A DNA stretch of 20,000 bases from Psammoneis japonica. Lineage: Eukaryota. How positions within the stretch are numbered: the first letter of the stretch is position 1; each line of letters begins with the position of its first letter. Of the stretch, positions 8,608-17,820 are shown one piece after another. The stretch spans positions 59,200-79,199 of the forward strand of contig QPGO01000273.1 in the NCBI GenBank assembly GCA_008632985.1, written 5' to 3'. A program made the translations under genes and the position numbers. Under the pieces are notes generated by a model. That model saw only the letters and a list, made by a program, of their open reading frames with translations. It was not told the DNA's origin and did not search any database.

Positions 8608-10565
8608 CGAATGTTTTGTTGGAGGCGGGGAGCAATTTCACCAATGTGATCACTGTTGGTGTTCCACGAAAAAGTGCCAAGTAAGTTGCACATCACACAC
8701 AGACAAACGTAAAAAAAAATCATTTTTTGATCACAACAAACGTCACACCACTCTCACTGCCTCTCGGTGTTATTTCTCATCAACCAAGCCACACCCAGAG
8801 ACATGCAGGGGCATTTTAGAAATGTCTTTGAATGCTTGACAAGGCCACAGTGCGAAAGAGATGCGTTCCAGGTCCAGGTGGGACCTCGCACTGCTGAACT
8901 GTGACATCGACAGTTTTTTGAATCGCGTCGTATGTGGCGCACGTACATTTCTACGTGATTTTGGCAAAATTTTGCATCATTGCAGTGCAATTGTCAGGCG
9001 ATCCATTCAACAACTTTTGACATTTTTTTCTTCTATGCTGGGCTGCGCGCAAAACTGTCTCACCTGCCACCTCTTGCTCCAAACCCAAAGCTGGTCAAAT
9101 CAAAAATTTGAGCACACCTTGCACACCAAAATCGACCATTTTCTTTCGATCTGTCGGTGGACCTGATGCAAAAAACGATCAGAAAGTCGATTTTTTGATG
9201 CAGAGGGTTTTCAAAAACTCAAAATAGACCCACTCTGCTCATTTTCGAGAATGGGTCCGCCGACAGTTCATTTTCTTGTTGCCCCCAGTGCAAACATGCG
9301 CAACTGTCAACCAAAAATTCCATGCATTTGGTTTTGAATGAGCACTTCCATCTTGTTCACTTTTGCCCGCAGCAACCACACTGTCTCCTGCTGACAGTGT
9401 CTCTGAATGCACGAAATGACCCCGTTGTGTGCACCCCAAATGTCACACACAAATTTGTGTGCACGTCATTTCATGTGAATGCCTGCACAAAATGCACATC
9501 CCTTCAACTTTGAACGTTTCTAGTTCACTCTAAACATCTGCCAGAGACCACAGCAAAGGCACCATTGGAAAGAGCAGATTCTCAGCTTTCCATCGATGTG
9601 CCGTTTGTTCCCCACGTGCAATTTGCGCTGGAGATGCAGTCGTGGCAGTCCAACCGGTTTTATGTCCAGCACAGCGCACGCCATTCTCGAGTGTCTTAAG
9701 AATGGCGCAGGGCAGGCACATTGTCCAAAACTTTGAGTGCGAACAGAGACATGTGCACTGCAAACTTGGCCGTTCATTTCATGTCGAAGACAAATGCATC
9801 CATCAACCAGACTGTGAACTGCAGAGCTCGCACGTAGAATTCTGCGGGGCAAATGTCACAAAAAGTCCCACCTGGGACTGGAACCCGTCAAGAGTGAATG
9901 AAGTGCGCACTGCCAATGAGAGTTGGTGAAAATTGACGAACAAAACATTGTTTTGTGTTCCTGTGAAATCGAGAAAGGTTGTTTGTTTGCACAGATTGCC
10001 TCTTTCCCCAAACGCTGCCCGGCTCTGCCGAACTGAGCTGACAGAGAGTTGACTGTTGTTGCTTGTTCAGCATTGTTTTGACATTCAGTTGCTGATTTGT
10101 TCAAGTTTGGCAACCAAGCCAAACATTTTTCCAGAAGGCAGAATTTGCGCTCGCACACAACACGCCGGCGCACATTCGCGTGAAACCTTCAGGACAACAA
10201 CTGACATGCGATTGCACACAGATTGACTTCGGACAATCATGCTGGACTTTTTGCAATTGTTGGTGCTTTCTTTGGGTGGCTGAAATGAGGTCCAGGGTCC
10301 AGGGCCACCTCTCACAGGTGTCATCTGTCTGCTCATCATCAAGGGGTCAGGGAGTGCGGCTGCTTTCTTGTTTGTTGGCGGGCACGTGGCGCGTGGCACA
10401 AAAATGGTCTTGAGACAGCTGGAGAAGCAAGTTGTGCCAGTGCTGTGTGTGAAAAAAACAAGTTGCTGCTTTGTTTTGCAATCTGCCCACCAGAGCTTTG
10501 CCCATTGCCCCCTCCCCACCAGCAGCAGCAGAGATGCGCTGCTTGCTGGAAAGCCAGTGGCCAAC

Positions 10566-10786
10566 CCGCTCTCTGACGGCAGCTGCCAGGAGCACTTTGA
10601 GCACCTGGGGAGTGACCTTGCATGTCTCTGACCCACAAATTGATGCCTGCCACACTGGTGCTTTGAAGAAAAATGACACATGGAGACTTCTGCACCTGGG
10701 AAGCCACTCTCAGATGGAAGCCTCCAGAAAAGCCCTTTGAGTGCCTGGGCAGCAATGGTGCACATCTTTGACCCACAATGTGATGG
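10566..10786 (+). pseudogene. Fossil protein-coding internal repeat (two ~46-codon-period units) of an unknown protein
   Basis: Unit 1 PLSDGS..FEHLGSDLACL*PTN*C and unit 2 PLSDGS..FECLGSNGAHL*PTM*W. Many differences are synonymous third-position changes (TCT/TCA, GAC/GAT, GGC/GGA, GGG/GGC, AGT/AGC, CTC/CTT), so this frame was under coding constraint. Unit 2 contains a frameshift. Confidence 0.7.
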
Positions 10787-12086
10787 CCGTTCTTGCACTG
10801 CTGCTTAAAAATGTTGGAAGTTGAGGTGCTGTCAAAGGCTTTTGTGTGATCTGGGTTGTCCAGGAGCCCTCCACAGGGCACTGAGTCTTGAAAGTTGCAG
10901 ACAGGAAACTCACCCAGGAGCACTCCTCCTCAGCAGGTTGATGCCCTGGGACATTGGCCTGGCCTGTTTCTTCCACCTGGACAGAGATTGTCCCACAATG
11001 AGCACACAGCTTTGGGCACTCAAAATGCATCCGCACATTTGTGGGCTGGGTGGGCTGGCACTGCACTCACCCTTGTGCTGGCAACAAAGAGACGTCACCT
11101 GGCCGCCAGTGACACAGCAGGGTGTGAATGTTGACAGTGCCCTGGCACCAGCTTCATTGCCATTTTGGTGCACAAGCCTGCACATTTGAAAAGCTCCATG
11201 TGAGTCACTGGAAAGTGCTGTGTTGCTGCAAGAGTGGCAAGAAGAAGCTGATTTCTTCTCGAGATGGCTCATGAACAAGGTGAAAAATGGACAGAAACTG
11301 CCTTCTGACAGAATTCAAACAATGTTGTGAAATTTTTGTCATCTCTTTCACGACCACACCACAATGGGTCAAGCCAAAACATGCCCAAACAAGATGCTGT
11401 GTGCAGGGCACCTCTTTGTGTTGTGCAGCTGTGTGAAAGAGGGGCACGTGCATGAAGCCACAGGCCTGGTGTTTTGTCTCTGCTCGTCTTCAGTCATCTG
11501 CAAGAAGTGCATGCTGGGATTTTGTGTGGAAGGCTTGCTCACCACAAATTGTGAAACCAACAACACTTTGAACTTTTTTTGTGAATCCAATGAAGAAATC
11601 TCAGTGGTGTGTTTTGTTTTGTGGGAATGACAGAAAAGAAAGTGCAGCAACAAGTCATGGCAGAGAGGAGCACCACCATTGCTTTGGGAATGCAGTCAGC
11701 ATTGCACATTGGGGTGAATGACAGAAATGAAGATGCAGGGGTGAGAAGTGTGTTGGGTGACACTGTGTTCATGGCAAACATGGGCAGTTTTTTTTACAAT
11801 GCCACAACACGCCAATCATCTCTCTCAGTGTTGAAACATTGACCCAACAATGGTTTTGTTCTCTTGACCTGTTGTTTTGTTTTTGGCTTTGTCCATTTTC
11901 CACAGAAATCATGCGGCATGGCTCAAAGCAGCACTGCATCATCATGTGGCATGACTCAAGGTGATGTGCCAGTTTTGTGCAGTGTGACTCAAGAGCTGGG
12001 GCTCTGCCCACCTCTGAACATTGAAGTGGCTGATGAGAGTGAGGCTCAGCTTGATGCTGCAAGGGCAGGAGAATGTGTTGGCACCA

Positions 12087-12106
12087 GCTGCTGCTGCTGC
12101 TGCTGC
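12087..12106. repeat. (GCT)n microsatellite
   Basis: GCTGCTGCTGCTGCTGCTGC seen directly. Confidence 0.8.
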
Positions 12107-14987
12107 CACTGTGACTCCTGGTGCTGGTGGTGCCGCTCCTGCTGCAACTTTCAGTTTCACTCATGTTTGCATTTGTGCTCTGGTCCATGCATGTGTTCTG
12201 GAGACCAAGTCTCTCTGAGTTCTTGTGTGTGCTGCTGTTGACATTGGCATGATCTTGATGCATCCTTTGCATGCCAACTGCACTCTTTTGGTGCAGAGCA
12301 CACAAAGAACTGGCAGTGCAACCCAGGTTTGTTGACATGATCAGATCTGTTGTTTAAGACATGCAACCCCTCCTGCAGACTGAGGGGCCATTCATCATGC
12401 TTGCTTGCAATGGTGGAGCTGGCCTTCAACCAGGCAAAACAGAGAGATGCTGTCAGAGCCAAAACACATTGTTGTTTTGCATTTGAAGCACACTTTTGTA
12501 AAACTGGAAGGCAGTGAATTGGCTGCCATCTGCCCAAGCCAACAGAGAATGGAGTTGGTCTTTTTGGTGAAAAAACAGGCGCCACCCATTTGGGTTGGGC
12601 AACATGAGCCACAGTGCAACCTGTTGAGACCATGTTGTTTGGCAAACATCTTGCACAGCTGTTGCAGCCAGGGTGGCTGCAGCTCAATCTCAAGTGCTTG
12701 GTTTTAGCTTTGATCATCAAAGTGCCATTGCAGGCAGAGCCAATGAGTGAAGTGGCACAAGCTTCATCAGAGAGGGGGCATTTGACTGGGAGGCAGGAGC
12801 GGCATTGGCAGCAGAGTGAGTTGGCACAGTCACAAGAGCAAAACAACAAGAGAGTTGGAGAGGTTGCAACTGAACTCAAGAGCAATGGCAGAGGCATGCT
12901 GGCAGTGGGAGGCTGAGTCTCAAGAATGATGATGGAAGTGGTGTTGTGCAGCAGGTCACAAGCAGCAGCCAATGCAGAGCAGTCAAGAGCCAGTGTTGCA
13001 GCTCCAATTTAGATGGCTTCAACAGCAAGAGTGGGTGCATTGGGGCAACAGGAGAGTCATGTTTCAAACACTTTAAATGAGAGCACTGAGTCAGCAACAT
13101 TCAACATGCAATTGTGTGCCTCAACCCAATGTGTGTGTTTGATTTCCAGCGCATTTGCTCACCAGGCTCAATGCCATGTCAGTCATCCCAGACCTCTTTG
13201 TGCTCTCAGACATGTCATCTTAGAAGGACCCTCACCCCTGAAGCTTCTTGTCTTCTTTGATTCAAGAGGCTCCTCATCTTCCTTGGTGTAAAAAATGGCT
13301 GTCTGTCATCACAGTCATTGTTCTTGTCAGCAGAGTTGTCGCTGACAGCGGTCTTGCCAGCCATTGGCTCACTTGAAGCTGCATCTGAGATGCTTGTTGC
13401 CAAGGAGGGAGATGGGTTGGTGTTGCTTGACAGGGCACTTGCAACATTGGCAGAAGGTGAGTCAGTGTTGGCAATGCCAGCAGAGGGCAAATCAAGAGCT
13501 CTTGTGGGTGGTGGGGATCAAAAGAAGAGCTGCTTGTTGGTGGAGCAAGCAGCTTGGTCATTTTTGAGGCTTTCACCTTCTTGTGCATGGGTCTTTCTGC
13601 TGCTGTTTTTTTGTTGTGTTGGCATCTTGGCAGCTGTCCAGAACTTGCAAGGAGAGCTGAAAAATGTGGTTGGCCACTTTTGGTGGAGAGCAAGGCCAGC
13701 GGCACTTTCTTTGGTTGGCTTCAGAGCACAAGAAGCAGACATGCTGGCAGCAGAATCATTGCTGTGATTTTTGGCAACAAGGAATCTGACTGTTGATGGA
13801 GGCTCCTTGGTGCTTGTGTGCTTCATCTCACTTTTTTCATGCCTCAGCATGTTGGCACAAAAAATTCAGCCAGGGTCAATGGGCTCCCATCATCTACAAG
13901 CTGAAAGCATCGAAACAGCATGCACAATGTCAAACACAGCAAAATCAATGAACAAATGAGAGAAAATGCAAAAAAGAAAAAAAAGAGAGAAATGCAGGAG
14001 TTGAACACAAGTTCTTGCCATGGTGTTGAGTCAGCATGACTGTTTGTCTGGACCCAATGTCTGCCCACTGTCCATCAACATTTTCATGCACAGCACTGCA
14101 AAGTTTTCTCTCACTGGTGATCGCATGGTGATTCTTGCAGGAAAAGTTGTCTCTGCAGAAGGCCATCAAAAGAAAGAAGTTCTGCTCTTTTTGGGTCAAT
14201 GTGGGCAGCTGAGAAGTGTGCTTTGATCCTGCATTTTCACCCCAACATCAAACAGACATTTTTTGAAACCTCATGTGGGGTTGAATTTTCTTGTTCTCAC
14301 TGCTGGATCTTTGTGCAGCTCAATGGTTGAGCAGGCATTTGATCATGCTGTGTGGCTCTGTGGTTCCTTGCAGATGTCCTGGCCCAGCTGCAAATGCAAA
14401 GAATCACAAACTCAAAAATCTGCAGGAACATGCCAACAACTTGGTTGACTTTGGAGTGGCACATGGCAGAGAGGACCTTTTCAAGAAAGAAAGCTCCTTG
14501 TGTAATTTCAGCAGCGTGCTGCTGCATTTCATTTGTGGCTGCCAGATCTCAACTGCCAGCATTTTTTGCACCACACATGAAGAGCAATCCCATCATTTGT
14601 TTGAGAGGGAGAAGAAGAAATAGAAAGCTGAGTTTTGAAATGAGTGCCCCCACCCTGCTTTTTCAAACTGACCAGCTCTGTAGACTTCCTTGGCAGCTGA
14701 CACCAATGTCTTCTCTCTTGACAACATTTTTGACATTGGTCTTAACTGAGTGCAGCCTTGCAGTGCTGCCCAGCCACCAAAGAGGTTGTCCTTGCCAGAA
14801 CCTGAAAGATCTGCCACATGCCTGGGATGTAGAAAATTGCAACATTTGAAGCTGTGGCTCTTGTCCATGTGCTTGTGAAGACACTTGCAAGACAAGGAAG
14901 AAGCATGATGAAGAGGCACACACGAAGCCCCGAAGTTGAAGCTGTTGAAGTGTGTTGAGGCTTGGAAAAGTGAGTGCACTCAACGAA

Positions 14988-15030
14988 TGTTGTTGCTGTT
15001 GTCGTTGTTGTTGTTTTGTTGTTGTTGTTG
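14988..15030. repeat. Imperfect (TGT/GTT)n microsatellite
   Basis: TGTTGTTGCTGTTGTCGTTGTTGTTGTTTTGTTGTTGTTGTTG seen directly. Confidence 0.8.
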
Positions 15031-15409
15031 CATTTGGGCTTGGACAAGGGCTTTCTTGAGCTCTTCTGTGTTGCCAAAAAATGAATGCAAAGAAATGGTG
15101 GCTTGCAGAGTGCTGTGTCAAGAACATCATGTGAGGCACTGTCCAATCCATCCATGGCACTCCAATGGTGGGCAATTGGAGGTTCATGGGCAGGAGGTGC
15201 CAGGAGACTTTCTGTGTGCATGAACATCACAACAATTGCTCATTGATGGCAAGGCACATCACACTGATGATCAAAAATGCATTGAGGAGGAGGCAGCTGT
15301 GATTTCAATGATGCCTTTCATGATGTGGATTGTGGAAGGATCCAGCCTCAATTTCCCATGTTCTCAAAGTCATCCATTCACTGTCAGTCACGCTGTGCTC
15401 TCCAAAATG

Positions 15410-15424
15410 CCCCCCCCCCCCCCC
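15410..15424. repeat. C15 homopolymer
   Basis: 15 consecutive C near the right edge of the degenerate tract. Confidence 0.85.
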
Positions 15425-15966
15425 TTGCTCTTTGTGATGAAGATTCTGTCAAACTTTTGCATCAGCAAATGTACCCAAAATGCAACCAATTGGACCCTCG
15501 TTCCTGTCTCAAACAAATTTGCTGTGGTTTGTCCTGTCTTTGGTGGGTTCCTGAAAGTGATGACAAGGACGACAATGGAACCTGGTTCATAGATTTGCCT
15601 TTGGAACGGATGGATGAAGACGTGATTTCTGACTGAGGAATAAGAATGGAGCAATGCTTTCGAACTTAGCTCCTCACAACGGCCTTGTCGTTAAGGAAAC
15701 TATTTGCAGTGCCCTGAAAGCAACTCGTAAGAATTGGCGCCTCCACAGTGAAAAGAGGATGTCAATCTCTCTCTAACACTTGAATGCGAAAAGCGCAGTT
15801 GCAAAACAATTCGATTCAACTGCAAATGATTGTGAGAGGTTGTACGATCTTGATTCTACTATAGTTTGACTTTGACAATTGACCTGTAAAACAAATTTTA
15901 CTCTCTAGAGAGCGAGCTATTCAGTGCGGTAGAAATAGCATGTGCTCGCACAATGCGCTCCGCTAT

Positions 15967-17484
15967 TTATTTCCGATTGTTGTACTTTTTCTTTTTGAAC
16001 TTTCCACCTCGTTGATTCGGCAACGCACCACCTCGGCCACCGGATCCTCCGGCATAGCCTCGCTTGATTTCTCGTTTGACTGCACTTTCCAATCCATCTT
16101 CATCATCGCTCTGTCGTCTCTTTTTGTGACGACGTCCACCACTCCCCTTGGAGGCTGCCAATTGTTCCTTGAGTTCACGAGTCGCCAGCCGTTGCGCCTC
16201 ACAAACGCGTTCCAGCAAAATCAACACGGTTTCTTCATCCAGCTCGTACTCGGGTAGCTTTTTCCCCAACAATCCCTCCAAACGCTGGTACACTTCCACA
16301 TCGTATTGAGTCACCATGGCAATGGCCTTTCCAGCTCGTCCCGCTCGAGCCGTCCGTCCGACTCGATGGATATAATCCTTACCGTGTCCTGGTAAATCAA
16401 AATTGATTACAACATCGACGCTGGGGATATCCAATCCTCTCGCCGCCACGTCGGTACAAATCAAGATATCCCGTCCTCCGCTTTTGAACTTGTGCAAGGC
16501 ACCCAACCGCTTGGGTTGACTCATTTGACCGTGCAAACAAATGGCGGGGAATCCCAAATTTCGAAGCATCAGGGCGAGTCGCTGCACGTTATTGCATGTC
16601 TCGCCAAAGACGAGAATCGATTGTCCGGCGTGTTCATTAATGAGATAGGTCAAGTAACAATCCTTGTATTTGGAAGGACACAAAATGTACGATTGAATCA
16701 GTTTGGAAGGAGTGGAGAATTTGGTGCTGACTTCAATCTTGACTGGATCGACAAGCGACGCTCGTTGTAACTTTTGTACCTTGGAAGTCATGGTGGCACT
16801 AAACAACATGGTCCGACGTCCCTGGGACGCATCGGGAATAACGTTTAGGATTTCATTCAATTCTTCTTCAAAGTCCAATCCAAGCATGCGATCGGCTTCA
16901 TCCATGACGAGGTAACGAATCTTTTGCAAATGAAATCCCTTTGTGTTGGTCAAGTGATCGACGAGCCGCCCCGGCGTGGCAACGACAATGTGAGGATTCC
17001 GTGCCAATGCAATGGATTGGCTGGCCGAATCGACACCACCCACAATACAAACCGACGTGGCACCCATGCTCTGCCCCAATGCTTGAACGACCTCGAGAAT
17101 CTGAAAGGCTAATTCACGCGTCGGGGTTAGAATGACTGCAAAGACGGCGCCCCGCACGGGATTTTGCAACAATTCTTGTAGAATGGGAATGCAAAAGGCA
17201 CCTGTCTTTCCCGATCCCGTCTCGGCCAATCCAATAATGTCTCTGCCCTGTAATGCGTGAGGGAGTGTTTCTTGTTGAATTTTGGAACAGTACTTCCAAC
17301 CCGCAAGCGACGTTGCTTCACAAAGAGTTTCACAAACTCCCACCGAAGCAAAGGTTGCTTTTGACATGATTCCATCTTCTTCTTCATCATCATCCGAAGA
17401 TGATGACGATGACGCTGCTTGTTCTTCTTCTTCATCCGAAGATGATGGCGACGCTTGTTCGTTCTCGTCTTGCTTCTTGGACAT
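15967..17484 (-). CDS. RRP3: ATP-dependent rRNA DEAD-box helicase RRP3/DDX47, 505 aa, intronless
   Basis: GRDIIGLAETGSGKTGAF, LTPTRELAFQI, ATPGRLVDHLTNTKGF, DEADRML, SAT, HGQMSQPKRLGAL, TDVAARGLDIP and YIHRVGRTARAGRAG motifs, typical of the DDX47/Rrp3 subfamily. Acidic N-terminus and basic C-terminus. Start chosen at ATG 17484 (MSKKQDE). Confidence 0.95.
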   Translation of the reverse strand: MSKKQDENEQASPSSSDEEEEQAASSSSSSDDDEEEDGIMSKATFASVGVCETLCEATSLAGWKYCSKIQQETLPHALQGRDIIGLAETGSGKTGAFCIPILQELLQNPVRGAVFAVILTPTRELAFQILEVVQALGQSMGATSVCIVGGVDSASQSIALARNPHIVVATPGRLVDHLTNTKGFHLQKIRYLVMDEADRMLGLDFEEELNEILNVIPDASQGRRTMLFSATMTSKVQKLQRASLVDPVKIEVSTKFSTPSKLIQSYILCPSKYKDCYLTYLINEHAGQSILVFGETCNNVQRLALMLRNLGFPAICLHGQMSQPKRLGALHKFKSGGRDILICTDVAARGLDIPSVDVVINFDLPGHGKDYIHRVGRTARAGRAGKAIAMVTQYDVEVYQRLEGLLGKKLPEYELDEETVLILLERVCEAQRLATRELKEQLAASKGSGGRRHKKRRQSDDEDGLESAVKREIKRGYAGGSGGRGGALPNQRGGKFKKKKYNNRK

Positions 17485-17820
17485 GGTTTCAATCGAACAA
17501 GAACAAAAAAAAGTGAGCAGGAAATCAAAATGTGGGATGAAAAATCGGTGGCGCAAGCGCGAAGCGGGAAATGTGTGAACACAAAGTTCCTGATTCCATC
17601 AAACTGTTTCCGTGCGTCAGTCGGTCGTTCCCTCCCGTCGTCTGACAGCACGCTCGCCCAAACGAAGAACGAAAGTTTTTTCTGAGACTGTGGCCATGGC
17701 GGTCGGAACGCCGTCGCTTAAATCCCTGTCTGCTCTCGCGTTCTTATAAAGTGCCTGGTGTACAGTGTAACAAGAGACAGCACAGTGGAGCAAGACACAA
17801 GCCGTGCTGTGAAGGATTGC
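17485..17820. promoter_or_regulatory. Short divergent (bidirectional) promoter region between RRP3 and the pseudouridine synthase
   Basis: 336 bp separate the head-to-head start codons; a CTTATAAA TATA-like motif lies at ~17743-17750. Confidence 0.5.

Larger units (their letters stand above)
8720..15600. other. Large TpA-depleted (and, from ~10.4 kb, CpG-depleted) degenerate tract of decayed repeats and pseudogenes
   Basis: TA is nearly absent over ~7 kb. CG is kept at 8.9-10.2 kb but nearly absent at 10.6-15.5 kb. Many overlapping Tyr-free ORFs on both strands; no intact domain recognised. Confidence 0.6.

Noticed and set aside
1..15600. Classical fungal RIP as the cause of the degenerate tracts
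   Set aside because: RIP raises TA and depletes CA/TG; here TA is depleted and CA/TG enriched.
5918..15654. Dozens of small Cys/His/Gln-rich ORFs that could suggest metal-binding peptides or TGA recoding
   Set aside because: The composition follows directly from TG/CA enrichment. They occur in all six frames, and real genes in the window use the standard code with TAA/TGA stops.
8741..15846. Possible TIR pair bounding the large tract (CGTCACACCACTCTCAC vs GTGAGAGGTTGTACG)
   Set aside because: The match is short and gapped with no TSD; compatible with chance.
17485..17556. N-terminal extension MRHRFFIPHF... of the helicase ORF
   Set aside because: It starts at a non-ATG codon in T-rich leader sequence; ATG 17484 is the natural start.
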